A stretch of DNA of 64,000 nt from Vulgatibacter incomptus (GCF_001263175.1 NZ_CP012332.1:3614220-3678219); one strand, 5' to 3'. Shown: positions 52,682-62,570, numbered from the stretch's first letter. The notes: generated by a model from the sequence alone, not told the origin. Translations and numbers: made by a program.

Positions 52682-53329
52682 TCAAATGGGCTCCGCCCGA
52701 TGCCCACCCACGAGGTAGAGGCGCTCCCGCATGTCGATGCCGCTCGCGCGGGACTGTGGCCCCTCCGTGCGGCGATCCTCGAGGCGCTCCACCGCGGGGA
52801 AGTAGCGACGCAACTCATCCTCGCCCACCGAAAAGGGCGGACCTGCCATCCGCTCCTGCGGGTACTCGAAGCAGATCACCAGGCCCGGCGCGTCCTCGCC
52901 CGCCAGCTCGCGCAGGTGCGCGGCGTAGCGCGGGCGAAGCTCAGGCGGGAGCGCGACGATCGCCGCTCGATCGTAGAAGGCGGTGATCGCTCCGACGTCC
53001 TCCGGGCGGGCGTCGAAGAAGTCGCCCTGGAGGATCGTGATCCCGCCCGCCGAGCGCTCCACCAACGCGCCGCGCGGCGACGGAGCGGCCTCGAGGCCGT
53101 GCTCCCGAAAGAACTCCTCCGCGGCGGCCTCGGCCAGCTCGATCCCCACGACCTCGTGGCCGAGCGAACGCAGGTACGCCATGTCCTCCGTCTTTCCGCT
53201 CAAGGGGACGAGCACGCGGCCGGGAGGGCCGAGTGCCCGGGCGTGAGAGACGAGGAGATCGTTCGGGCGCCCTTCGTGAAAGCCGATCCGTCCTTCGCGC
53301 CAGCGTGACAGCCAGAATTCCGCATCCAT
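52682..53329 (-). CDS. Thiopurine S-methyltransferase (TPMT) family protein
   Basis: 'MDAEFWLSRWREGRIGFHEGRPNDLLVSHARAL...VLVPLSGKTEDMAYL' is a TPMT N-terminus. The upstream 256 codons of the ORF are the antisense shadow of the patatin gene. Confidence 0.75.
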   Translation of the reverse strand: MDAEFWLSRWREGRIGFHEGRPNDLLVSHARALGPPGRVLVPLSGKTEDMAYLRSLGHEVVGIELAEAAAEEFFREHGLEAAPSPRGALVERSAGGITILQGDFFDARPEDVGAITAFYDRAAIVALPPELRPRYAAHLRELAGEDAPGLVICFEYPQERMAGPPFSVGEDELRRYFPAVERLEDRRTEGPQSRASGIDMRERLYLVGGHRAEPI

Positions 53330-53487
53330 CCCCACAGCATAACGATCGATGCGGGACAGAACGAGAGCGAACGGCGCCCAGGCGCAGTCGACGACCCCCT
53401 CGGCATTCTCGGTGGTTCGGGCGGTCTGGCCCGACCGTGGGCAAGGCCCTGTTGAATTCCAAATGCCAAACGTCGATCTTCGACAGG

Positions 53488-54255
53488 ATGACGATGTCCG
53501 CCCTTGGAACGAGAACTCTCGCCGAATGGCTCGCCGAGGAGCCATTCGCGCTGGCGATGTCCTCCGGATTCTTCTCCTTCTACGCCCACACCGGGTTCTT
53601 GGCGGCGCTCGAGGACGCCGGCCTGACGCCCGCGCGCGTCTCGGGATCGAGCGCAGGAGCGCTGGTCGGGGGCGCCTGGGCCGCGGGCGTCGACGCACCC
53701 GTGCTGGCTGCGGAGCTCGAGCGGCTCGAGCGGCGAGACTTCTGGGACCCGGGCTTCGGGCCCGGGCTCCTTCGCGGCCGCCTGTTTCGCGAGAGGATCG
53801 AAGGTCTCCTACCCGCCGAGACCTTCGACCGTTGCCGTGTGCCGGCGGCCGTCTCCGTCTTCGACGTACGCTCGCGCAAGACGCGCGTGATCGAGATGGG
53901 ACGACTCGGCCCGGCGATCTGCGCGTCGTGCGCCGTCCCGTTCCTTTTCCAGCCCGTGCGGATCGAAGGCCGGTCCTACTTCGATGGCGGGATCCTCGAT
54001 CGGCCCGGTCTCGCGGGGATGCCGCCCAGCACCCCTCGGGTGCTCCACCACCACATCGCCTCGCGCTCACCGTGGCGGATGAGCGCCGAGCCGCCATCGA
54101 GGCAGGGCATGCTCTCCTTCGTCATCGACGGGCTCCCGCGCTCCGGACCCTTTCGACTCGAGGAAGGGCGGCGCGCGTTCAGCCTCGCCCGAGAAGCGAC
54201 GAGGCGGGCCCTCGACCAGCCCGTGAGGGATGAAATCCTCCGTGTGCGGGCCTGA
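53488..54255 (+). CDS. Patatin-like phospholipase
   Basis: 'GTRTLAEWL...MSSGFFSFYAHTGFLAALEDAG' (oxyanion hole), 'GSSAG' (GxSxG) and 'DGG' (catalytic Asp). Confidence 0.8.
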   Translation: MTMSALGTRTLAEWLAEEPFALAMSSGFFSFYAHTGFLAALEDAGLTPARVSGSSAGALVGGAWAAGVDAPVLAAELERLERRDFWDPGFGPGLLRGRLFRERIEGLLPAETFDRCRVPAAVSVFDVRSRKTRVIEMGRLGPAICASCAVPFLFQPVRIEGRSYFDGGILDRPGLAGMPPSTPRVLHHHIASRSPWRMSAEPPSRQGMLSFVIDGLPRSGPFRLEEGRRAFSLAREATRRALDQPVRDEILRVRA

Positions 54256-54397
54256 CGCCCTGTCCACGACGCGTGTCGTGCGCATGGCGGCTTGCCGTCA
54301 GCCGTACTCTCGCACTTCCAATTAGCTACCTTCTCGGCTCATAAGGCATCGCCACCGCCCCCGACGCGAACTCCAGCCGACTCCCCCGCCACGTTGG

Positions 54398-57300
54398 CTA
54401 TTGGACCTGCAACCCGCCGAGGAGCACCTGGTAGCCTGCCGCCCTCGCGTAGTGGGTCGCTGCGATGAACGAACCCCGTCGGGACGGATCGGTCGGCGGC
54501 CCGCCCACGGCGCCGACAGGCGCGCGGAGATCGACGCTGATGAATCCGGATGCGTATGCGGCGGCGAGCGACGGATCGGTGATCGCCACGCGCTGCGATA
54601 CGAGCGGGAAGGTACCGAGGTTCGTTGAGAGCGCCGTCACCTGCTCTTGCTCGTCGAACTCGAGGATCTCTCGGACCGGCAGCGGAAAGCCGGTCGGCAC
54701 GGAGCCGCAGGTGAACGCCGACAGCACCTCAGGCGATTCGCGCCAGACGACGAAGCTCGTCTTCCCGTCGGCGAACGCACCAAAGAGGCTACTAGGCGCG
54801 ACGTTGTTGATGAACCGCGCCTGCCACGCGGTGCCGAGCGGCTCACGGTTGTCGCTCGCGTCCCACGAGACGAACTTGCCGTAGAACGTGGGCCTGCCTG
54901 CAGTCGTCGTAGCCGAGTCGGTGGAGCTCGCCTGAACGTGCACCAACGTGTCGGCGACCGAGACCTTCTGGTTGCGGTCGATGATCGTGTACGTCCCGGA
55001 GAGGTAGTTCTGGTTGGTCGCGTCGCCGATGCCGCCGTTGCCGAAATAGCCGACGTCGCCGGGGACTCGCTGCGTGCAGTTGTTGACGGTGTCGAATGTG
55101 ACGTAGCCGCGCGCAGTCGCGTCCCCGTGCGGGGCGCCGGCGCACTTGCCGTCGAAGCGCAGAGGCGATGCTTTACCCGTGTGCGCGCTCACGAGATCCT
55201 CGATGGCGGCGGCAGAGAGACGCGCTGGGGGGAGCTGGCCAGTGCAGCTCGCGAAGTTCATGTCCTGCGAATAGTCACCTTTGGGCGAAATCCCGTCGTT
55301 CGGGTCCTGACCCGTGCTCGCCGTGAGGTCGACGAGCCCCTTCTGGAAGAGCCACCGCAGGTCGACGAGCGACGAATCATAGCCGGTCAAGTAGACGTTG
55401 AAGCGGTGCGTGGGGAGGCCGTAATCGGTCCACAGGGTCGCGTGGACGAGCACCGCCGACGCGAACAGGTTGACCAGACGAATCTGCGTGTTGACCCCGT
55501 TCGGGTCGACGGTGTCGACCTCGAAGTGCGGGACGAGCAAGGTCGCCGCCGGGGCCACGTCCGAGACCCCGATGGCCGGGGACTTGGTCGGCACAAAGGT
55601 ATTTGTGCCCACGTCGAACACCCCGTCCTGGGGCGGCATCGAGTGATGCGCTCGCGTCGCGCTGTCGACGGCGACCGCCGCGAGGTTCGTACCGAACCTG
55701 GAGAGCGTGCCGTTGCGCGAGCCGGGGTAGTGGATGGCCATCGCGTACGACTGCGCAGCGGCCGGATCGGACGAGGGCCCGCCCGGCGCCGGCGCCATGT
55801 TGCTCGAGAACACGAGGGTGCCGTTCTTGGACGTGACGGGGATCGTGCTGCCGCCGACACGCGTGCGCGTCACGTCGATCTTGAAGGGCTGCGTCGCCGA
55901 CAGCTCGGTCACGCCCTCTTGCATATCGAACGCCAGGAGGCCTTCGCTGCCGAGGGGATAGGTGCTTGGCGGCGTGCCGCACGTGAATGCTTCCTGGCTG
56001 ACGCGCGAGTCTCGCCACACGATCACGTCGGTCTCCTGCGTGGTGAAAGGGATCTCCCAGACCGTCGAGAGAGGCTCACGGTTGTCGGCGGCGTTCCAGC
56101 CCACGTAGCGCCCGTAGAAGGTGTAGCGCCCAGCGGTCGAGGTACGCGCGTCCGACGCGCTTGCCTCAATGTGAACGGCTGGCTGCGCCTGCACGTGAGG
56201 GGTGGCGGCGTCGATAAAGAAGAAGTCGCCGAGCAGGTAGTTCTGGTTCGTCGCGTCCCCGGTTTCGCCCGCACCGAAGTAGCCGGGCATCGACGGAACG
56301 CGCGGCGTGCAGTTGTTCACAGTGTCGATCGTGACGTAGCCGCGGGCGATCGTGTCGCCGTGGTCGGGGCCCGCGCATTTGTCGCCGAGCATCGCCGAGG
56401 ACTTCCCGGTGAGGGCCGACGTCAGGCCCGCGATGCCGTCTGCTGTGAGGTTCGCCGCCGGCAACACGCCGTGGCACGTTGCGTAGTTGATGTCTTGCGA
56501 GAAATCCCCCCGCGGGCTGATCGTGTCCGCCGGATCCTGACCGGCGGTGGCCGTCTGAGGGACTCTGCCGTTGACGAAGAGCTCGCGCAGGCTGATCGAC
56601 TCCACATCGTACCCGGTGAGGTAGACGTGGAAGTGATGGACGGGAACGCCCATCTCGCTCCAAATCGTGACGTTGGTCAGCACCGACGCCGAGTTGGAGT
56701 TCTGGACGGTGATGATCGTGTCGTTCTTGCCGGCGCCGGTATCCACCTCGAAATAGGGATAGAGCAGCGTGGCAGCGGGCACGTTGTCGAGCGTGCCGAT
56801 GGCCGCGTCGGCCGGAAGCGCCGTGAAGAGAACGCCTACACCGAATGGCAGCGCGAGAAGCTCGGACCAAGAGCTTTTGGTCATCTTCTGTCCTGCACGG
56901 CGGCGTCGGAGGGCCAGGTCTACGAACGCGAAGAGCGCGAACAAGCCTGCGGATCCATTCCCGCCGCGCGCATTGCAGCCGCAGCCGCTGTCGGCGGGTG
57001 GCTTGCTGGTGCCGGGGGCGCCTCCATCGTCCTTCTTTACGAGCGAACAGTCTTTGGCGCACTTGCCGCCAGCGGTCCCATTGCGTTCGCCCTCGTCGCA
57101 CTGCTCACCCGGGTCGACCTTTCCGTCGCCACACGGGTTGACAATGGTGACCGTGCCATCGCTGGGTGAGCCCGCCGCGTAGACAATGGTCGGCGCGATC
57201 GTCGCGATGACCGTGCTGTCGTTCGGCGCATCCCGGGTCGGCACCACGTCGACAGTGGCGGAGGCAGCTCCCTCCGGAATCGTGATGAGGCCGTCGAGTG

Positions 57301-58045
57301 GCGCATACGCGCTCGCTTCGGCAGTGCCGGAGACCGTGTACTTGACAACCAATGCATCGGTCATGTCACCAGTGCGAGCAAAGGTGAACTGGCCGGGCTT
57401 CCCCCCCACGACGGCTGTCGCCTGGCTTGCGGAGACGGTGACGAGCGGCAAGGGACAGGGCAAGTCGAGCGCCCAGCCGTCAATCGCCCCACTGCCGTAT
57501 CCGGCGCTGTCGGAGACGCGCAAGCTCCACGCTCCCTCGCGGCCCTTGCTGTTCAAGGTAGAGAGTGGATTGAGCGGCAAGAGGTTGCCGGAGATCGAGG
57601 GAAACGTCTCTTCGCACTCGCTGGTGCCGGGTGTAGTGGCGCCATCGCTGAAATGAACCTCGATGTCCTCGCCAGCACAGCCGTGGAGATTGCCGGCGGC
57701 GACGCCGGGCCTATCCATCAGCAAGACTTCCGTCCCGTCGGGATGAATTACGCTCAGGGTCAGATCCCCGACCCATTGATGCGAGAGTTTCACGCGCACT
57801 CCCGTCGCAGCGATGGGCGCTTGCGGGTCGCACTCGCGGGGCATCACGTTCAGCGATGATATGACGGTCTGGTTGTCCGGCACGAGTGCGTCGCAATTGG
57901 TCGAGGGCGGCGACTCGCCGCAGCTGTAGCGCTGCGCGGGCACGCGCGCAGGCGCGAACGCGGAGACGGCAGCGATGGCGACGGCCAGGGCGCTTCGAGC
58001 ACACGTGAACCACGACGAGCCGACCGATTCGATGAGTGGGTGCAT
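54398..58045 (-). CDS. One continuous ORF that appears to fuse two secreted proteins. Part (i), about 58045-56900, has a signal peptide, a P/proprotein-convertase-like beta domain, a Cys-rich myxo repeat and a MYXO-CTERM tail. Part (ii), about 56894-54398, has its own signal peptide and two tandem roughly 300-aa domains of unknown type.
   Basis: Part (i) has 'VKLSHQWVGDLTLSVIHPDGTEVLLMDRPG', 'CGDGKVDPGEQCDEGERNG' and 'SGCGCNARGGNGSAGLFALFAFVDLALRRRRAGQK'. It is followed, with no stop codon, by 'MTKSSWSELLALPFGVGVLFTALPADA' and then the repeats 'ATLLYPYFEVDT...' and 'ATLLVPHFEVDT...'. Confidence 0.6.
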   Translation of the reverse strand: MHPLIESVGSSWFTCARSALAVAIAAVSAFAPARVPAQRYSCGESPPSTNCDALVPDNQTVISSLNVMPRECDPQAPIAATGVRVKLSHQWVGDLTLSVIHPDGTEVLLMDRPGVAAGNLHGCAGEDIEVHFSDGATTPGTSECEETFPSISGNLLPLNPLSTLNSKGREGAWSLRVSDSAGYGSGAIDGWALDLPCPLPLVTVSASQATAVVGGKPGQFTFARTGDMTDALVVKYTVSGTAEASAYAPLDGLITIPEGAASATVDVVPTRDAPNDSTVIATIAPTIVYAAGSPSDGTVTIVNPCGDGKVDPGEQCDEGERNGTAGGKCAKDCSLVKKDDGGAPGTSKPPADSGCGCNARGGNGSAGLFALFAFVDLALRRRRAGQKMTKSSWSELLALPFGVGVLFTALPADAAIGTLDNVPAATLLYPYFEVDTGAGKNDTIITVQNSNSASVLTNVTIWSEMGVPVHHFHVYLTGYDVESISLRELFVNGRVPQTATAGQDPADTISPRGDFSQDINYATCHGVLPAANLTADGIAGLTSALTGKSSAMLGDKCAGPDHGDTIARGYVTIDTVNNCTPRVPSMPGYFGAGETGDATNQNYLLGDFFFIDAATPHVQAQPAVHIEASASDARTSTAGRYTFYGRYVGWNAADNREPLSTVWEIPFTTQETDVIVWRDSRVSQEAFTCGTPPSTYPLGSEGLLAFDMQEGVTELSATQPFKIDVTRTRVGGSTIPVTSKNGTLVFSSNMAPAPGGPSSDPAAAQSYAMAIHYPGSRNGTLSRFGTNLAAVAVDSATRAHHSMPPQDGVFDVGTNTFVPTKSPAIGVSDVAPAATLLVPHFEVDTVDPNGVNTQIRLVNLFASAVLVHATLWTDYGLPTHRFNVYLTGYDSSLVDLRWLFQKGLVDLTASTGQDPNDGISPKGDYSQDMNFASCTGQLPPARLSAAAIEDLVSAHTGKASPLRFDGKCAGAPHGDATARGYVTFDTVNNCTQRVPGDVGYFGNGGIGDATNQNYLSGTYTIIDRNQKVSVADTLVHVQASSTDSATTTAGRPTFYGKFVSWDASDNREPLGTAWQARFINNVAPSSLFGAFADGKTSFVVWRESPEVLSAFTCGSVPTGFPLPVREILEFDEQEQVTALSTNLGTFPLVSQRVAITDPSLAAAYASGFISVDLRAPVGAVGGPPTDPSRRGSFIAATHYARAAGYQVLLGGLQVQ

Positions 58046-58168
58046 TGATCGGTTACAGTACGCCTGAGCAATACCGCCCACAACCGAAATCAATGCGCTC
58101 TCTCGATTCGGTTCGAGGTCGCGTTCGACGGAGAGTCGGGCACCGGATGGAGCGCGAAGGCCGACGAA

Positions 58169-59602
58169 TCAGCGCGTCGCGCCGACCGTCCAGACCTTGA
58201 GCGCGCCTTGTGAGGCGCAGGCGTCGGTCTCGCTGAGGCCGTCGCTCTCGCCCGCGAACGAGGCAAGGAGCTCGTCCTTGCCGTCGTGATTCAGATCGAC
58301 GCAGCGCACTCGGTAGCCTCGGCAACCTTCGTGGCCGGCGTTCGGCACGCGGAGGTCCTGCGTCACGAAGCCACGACCGTCCGCGGCGAAGAGCGAGATG
58401 GTGCCGTCGTCGCGCGCGACCGCGAGGCTCCTGCCTGCGTTGACGCCGTCGAAGTTGCATACGGCGAGGGCCGTGTAGCCGTTGCGCGATTCCTCGCGCG
58501 CGATCTCACGGCGCTCGAAAGTTCCCATGCGATTGAAGAACACATCGACGCCGACGAACCAGGTTTCGCCTTCGCTTTGCGCGTACGCTACGACCAGATC
58601 GTCGCGTGAATCGCCGTCGAGGTCCGCGAGCGCCACCGAGCGGATGAGTCCGCGCTCGCGCAGGCCGTCGAGAGGCACCGGAACGAACGCTCCAGCGGCC
58701 CATCGAAAGAGCACACGCGTCTCACCAAGAGTATTCGATCCGACGGCCAGGTCTTTCATGCCGTCGCCGTCGATGTCTCCGAGCGCGAACGAGTCGCCGA
58801 ACAGACGGTCGAGGGCGGTCGTCGCGAGCGCATCGAGTTTCCAGTCGCGTTGCGCATTTCCGGGCCCGTTCCGGCCTGTCAACGTGAAGAGACGAACCCC
58901 GAGGGAAGTGGCGCCGCGATCCGATTTGGACGGAGGTCTCGGGCCGTCGCTCAGTGCGAGGATCGCTTGGCGGCCGTCGTCACCCAAGTCAGTCGTGAGG
59001 AGCGTGCGCGAACCGAAGGGAGCTCCGACCTCGAGATCGAGCCCGCGCCCGAGCGACGAGAAGTGCCCATGGCCATCATGACGAAACGCGGCGACGCCCT
59101 TCAAGTGCACCGCGAAGGCGAGGTCCAGCACCCCGTCGCCGTCGAGATCCGCCGCGCGCACGTCACCGTAGTCGAAGTCGACGGGCGGAAAGGTCGCCTC
59201 TTTCCACGCGCGCCAATTGCCATGACCGTCGCCGAGGTAGATTACCGGCCGCAACGGGAACGTCTTGCGCGCAGGGCCGTGCACGATGTCGAGCTCGCCG
59301 TCGCCGTTCAGATCGGCGACGTCGAAGCCGTTCCGCCACTGGCCGGCCGCGGGCAATCCTTGGTCGAACCCGGTTACCGTGAGCCGCTTCGTCGAAGGGA
59401 GGTCGACCAGCGACGGGCCCGGTGTCGACACCGACGCCGACACCATCGTCGGCGCTATGCCAGACGGGCACGGATGCGCCTCGTCGCACGAGCCGTCGAT
59501 CTGCGGAGACTGACGACCTTCGCTGCGAATGACGGCGAAGGTCGCGGCGAGACCGGCCATTGCAAGGGCCGCAACCAACGCGAGTCGAACAGGGGAGCTC
59601 AA
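58169..59602 (-). CDS. FG-GAP / VCBS-repeat protein (integrin-alpha-like beta-propeller), secreted
   Basis: Repeated 'DLNGDGELD', 'DLDGDGVLD', 'DIDGDGMKD', 'DLDGDSRDD' and 'DLNHDGKDE' Ca-binding FG-GAP motifs. A signal-like 'SSPVRLALVAALAMAGLAATFAV' follows a TTG start. The start is uncertain. Confidence 0.7.
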   Translation of the reverse strand: MSSPVRLALVAALAMAGLAATFAVIRSEGRQSPQIDGSCDEAHPCPSGIAPTMVSASVSTPGPSLVDLPSTKRLTVTGFDQGLPAAGQWRNGFDVADLNGDGELDIVHGPARKTFPLRPVIYLGDGHGNWRAWKEATFPPVDFDYGDVRAADLDGDGVLDLAFAVHLKGVAAFRHDGHGHFSSLGRGLDLEVGAPFGSRTLLTTDLGDDGRQAILALSDGPRPPSKSDRGATSLGVRLFTLTGRNGPGNAQRDWKLDALATTALDRLFGDSFALGDIDGDGMKDLAVGSNTLGETRVLFRWAAGAFVPVPLDGLRERGLIRSVALADLDGDSRDDLVVAYAQSEGETWFVGVDVFFNRMGTFERREIAREESRNGYTALAVCNFDGVNAGRSLAVARDDGTISLFAADGRGFVTQDLRVPNAGHEGCRGYRVRCVDLNHDGKDELLASFAGESDGLSETDACASQGALKVWTVGATR

Positions 59603-59836
59603 AGCGCGGGCATTGTACCACGCGCGGTCACAGGGCCCCGCGGAAAGCGCTGGCACGAGGCAGCCCGCACCTCCGACCGGCGATGGGTCTACGCGCCCGA
59701 CAACTTGTCCAAGGGAAGGAGACAGGCTGTCCGATTCGACGAGGTCCTCAAGCAGGCCAAGGCCGACCGCCGGACCGCCGGACCGCGTGGCTGGTCCCTC
59801 GCGTCCGCCGTCCACCATGTGTCGTCCGCCGTGCGC

Positions 59837-60457
59837 CTACCGCTTCCGGACGGCGTAGGTCAGGTGCGTCACCCTCGGGGAGGGTTCCGAGTGGACCGGC
59901 ACCAGGGCCACGCGACCCGCGTCCACGCCCTCGAACAGGCGGATTCCGGAGCCGAAGAGCACGGGCGACAGTGCGATCGAGAACTCGTCGATCAGGCCGG
60001 CGTTCACGTACTCCACGATCGTCGCGCCGCCGCCGGCGATGCGGACGTCGCGGTCGCCGGCGGCCTCGCGGGCCTGGCCGAGCGCGGACTCGATGCCGTC
60101 GTTGACGAAGTGGAAGGTGGTGCCGCCCGGCCGCTCCCAGGGATCACGCTTCTCGTGCGTCAACACGAAGACCGGCGTGTGGAACGGCGCCTCCTCCGGC
60201 CACGCGTGCTCGCCGGCGTCGAACATGCGCTTGCCCATGACGCTCGCGCCGGTGCGCTCGAACGTCTCCCGCACGATGTCGTTGTCGCGACCCTCCTCGC
60301 CGCCCTCACCGAGCTTCAGCCTCTCCCGGAGGTACCGCTGCGGGAAGAGCCACTGATGGAGCTCCATCCACTGCTGCCCCATCAAGTCCTCGGGGGACTC
60401 GGGCGCGATGAACCCGTCCAGCGACATCGAGACACTGAAGAACACCTTACCGGCCAT
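59837..60457 (-). CDS. Dihydrofolate-reductase-like (RibD_C) family protein
   Basis: 'KVFFSVSMSLDGFIAPE' and '...IAGGGATIVEYVNAGLIDEFSIALSPVLFGSG'. Confidence 0.75.
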   Translation of the reverse strand: MAGKVFFSVSMSLDGFIAPESPEDLMGQQWMELHQWLFPQRYLRERLKLGEGGEEGRDNDIVRETFERTGASVMGKRMFDAGEHAWPEEAPFHTPVFVLTHEKRDPWERPGGTTFHFVNDGIESALGQAREAAGDRDVRIAGGGATIVEYVNAGLIDEFSIALSPVLFGSGIRLFEGVDAGRVALVPVHSEPSPRVTHLTYAVRKR

Positions 60458-60963
60458 CAGCCCTCTCCTCCCTTCCGAACGCCTTCGGTGACATAGGCAG
60501 CGAGGTTGTTCAGGGTCTGCTGGCCGCCCTCGATCGCGTGGTATTTCTCGACCGCCACGTCGCGCAGCTCCTTGGTGGGGAACACCGTGCGCATCTCGAT
60601 CCGGGTCGCCGCGCCGTCGGGCTCGAGCGTCAAGACGGACACGAAGGCGTTCGGGTCGTCGCGGAACTCACCGTGGAGCAGCGCGATCCGCTCCGGAGGA
60701 ACGATCTCGGTCCAGGTGATCCATTCGCTGTAGTCCGTCCCGTCGGGACCGTGCATCACGAAGATCCACTCTGCGCCGACCCGGAACTCGAAGGACTGCG
60801 TGGTCGTGGTGAACCCCTCCGGCCCCCACCACCGCGACAGGTGCCGGACCTCGGTGAACGCCTCGAACACCAGCTCTCGTGGGGCGTCGATGATCCGGGA
60901 GATGACGATCTCGCGGTCGGCCGTCGCGGACTGCGCCGGCGCTCCTCTTCCTGTCGCGCTCAT
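60457..60963 (-). CDS. SRPBCC / AHSA1 (activator of Hsp90 ATPase)-like protein
   Basis: 'IVISRIIDAPRELVFEAFTEVRHLSRWWGPEGF' is an Aha1-like START fold. It is co-oriented with and overlaps an ArsR gene. Confidence 0.7.
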   Translation of the reverse strand: MSATGRGAPAQSATADREIVISRIIDAPRELVFEAFTEVRHLSRWWGPEGFTTTTQSFEFRVGAEWIFVMHGPDGTDYSEWITWTEIVPPERIALLHGEFRDDPNAFVSVLTLEPDGAATRIEMRTVFPTKELRDVAVEKYHAIEGGQQTLNNLAAYVTEGVRKGGEG

Positions 60964-61307
60964 TCGTGACTCCTCTTCCTGGCCTGCTTCAGGTCCTGCA
61001 CGTAGGCGTCCAGCCGGCCGAAGCTCTCGTTCCAGAACCGCTCGAACCCGCCGGTCCACTCGTGGATCGCCCGCAACCCTCGGGCGTCTAGGCCGTACAC
61101 GCGCTGCTTGCCTTCCTTGCGGTCCCGCACCAGCCCGACCTCTCGGAGAACCCGCAGGTGTTTGGACGCGCGCGGCTGGGTCATCCCCATCTCCCGCGCC
61201 AGCTCGGTCACCGGCCGCTCACCCGACCGCAGGAGCACCAGCATCTCCCGGCGCTGCGGTTCGGCGATCGCGTTGAAGACGTCCGACGTCGTCGCTGCTC
61301 GTGCCAT
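60960..61307 (-). CDS. ArsR/SmtB-family transcriptional regulator
   Basis: 'FNAIAEPQRREMLVLLRSGERPVTELAREMGMTQPRASKHLRVLREVGLV'. Confidence 0.75.
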   Translation of the reverse strand: MARAATTSDVFNAIAEPQRREMLVLLRSGERPVTELAREMGMTQPRASKHLRVLREVGLVRDRKEGKQRVYGLDARGLRAIHEWTGGFERFWNESFGRLDAYVQDLKQARKRSHE

Positions 61308-61463
61308 GACGACCATCATATGCCCATATAGGCACGCGTCAAGTCGAGATGGATCAGGGACGCGTACCGGCTCTGCTACATCCGGGGGCCCGAAGGACTC
61401 CTCATGGGGCTCGCGCCTCGCTTCCTCTTGCATTCCACCAATCTGCGCTCGATACTGAGCCAC

Positions 61464-61829
61464 ATGGTTCAGCATTGGAGTGACCGCCTCGATGCCTCGT
61501 TCGCCGCGCTCTCGGACGCGACCCGGCGCGGCGTTCTCGACCAGCTCGGACGTGCAGACGCTTCGATCTCGGACCTTGCCGAGAAGTTCCACATGACCCT
61601 CACGGGCATGAAGAAGCACGTCGGCGTTCTGGAGCAGGCCGGGCTCGTGACCACGGAGAAGGTCGGGCGCGTGCGGACTTGCAGGCTCGGCCCCCGCCGA
61701 CTCGAGGAAGAGACGGCATGGATCGAGAGGTACCGCAAGCTCTGGGCCTCACGTTTCGACGAGTTGGACAACGTTCTCGAGGAACTGACACGGAAGGAGA
61801 GAGTCGATGGACGCAAGAATGGAAAATGA
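61464..61829 (+). CDS. ArsR/SmtB-family transcriptional regulator
   Basis: 'FAALSDATRRGVLDQLGRADASISDLAEKFHMTLTGMKKHVGVLEQAGLV'. Confidence 0.75.
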   Translation: MVQHWSDRLDASFAALSDATRRGVLDQLGRADASISDLAEKFHMTLTGMKKHVGVLEQAGLVTTEKVGRVRTCRLGPRRLEEETAWIERYRKLWASRFDELDNVLEELTRKERVDGRKNGK

Positions 61830-62319
61830 GCCCACCTCCATGAAGAACCCCACGATGGTGGAACGGAAGTCCGAGCGTGAGCTCGTCGTCACGCGAACCT
61901 TCAACTGCCCGGCGCGCATCGTTTTCGAGGCGTGGACCAAGCCGGAGCTGTTCAAAAGGTGGTGGGTACCGAAGTCGTGTGGCCTAAACCTGGTTTCCTG
62001 CGAAATGGATGTTCGAGTCGGGGGCGGCTACCGCCTCGTTTTCCAGATCGATGCCTCGAATTCCATGCCGGTCTTCGGGAAGTACATCGAAGTGACGCCG
62101 TACTCGCGCCTCGCGTGGACCAACGAGGAAGGCGGTGAAGGCGGGGCCATCACCACGGTGACCTTCGAGGAAAGAGAAGGCAAGACGTTGATGGTCATGA
62201 GCGACCTCCATCCCTCGAAGGAGGCTCTCGACGCTGCCGGCACCGGGTCGGCCGATGCGACGGTCGAGACGTTCGAGCAGTTGGACGAGCTTCTCGTCAC
62301 TCTGGGCGCAAGCGCGTGA
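61807..62319 (+). CDS. SRPBCC / AHSA1-like protein
   Basis: 'RELVVTRTFNCPARIVFEAWTKPELFKRWWVP'. This is the second ArsR-SRPBCC pair, divergent from the first. Confidence 0.7.
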   Translation: MDARMENEPTSMKNPTMVERKSERELVVTRTFNCPARIVFEAWTKPELFKRWWVPKSCGLNLVSCEMDVRVGGGYRLVFQIDASNSMPVFGKYIEVTPYSRLAWTNEEGGEGGAITTVTFEEREGKTLMVMSDLHPSKEALDAAGTGSADATVETFEQLDELLVTLGASA

Positions 62320-62570
62320 CGCTCATGACGTAGGTAGGCGGCCGATCAAACGGCCGCCCTGCGTGCGCTGGTACGAGTCGTACATCGTACGGGTGGCCGG
62401 CGTCGTCCGCGACTACCGCTGGCCGTGGCTCGTCCCTGAGCGTGGTTCGTTCCCGCCAGAGCGCCTCTCCATCGGTCGAATACCCGTCGCCGTCGGCGGA
62501 AGGCGGGCATCCGAAAGGGCCGGCGTCGTGAGAAGCTCCCGGGACGATCGTCGCGAAGGGGGCATCCCTG

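Noticed and set aside
52682-54097. The full 471-aa minus-strand ORF as a TPMT with a long N-terminal extension
   Set aside because: The upstream 256 codons are Arg/Pro-rich and exactly overlap the patatin gene on the opposite strand. The TPMT domain starts at an internal ATG (53329) with an upstream G-rich RBS.
54647-57169. 840-aa + strand ORF
   Set aside because: It is antisense to the secreted-protein ORF 54398-58093. Its Arg/Gly/Asp-rich composition has no motifs.
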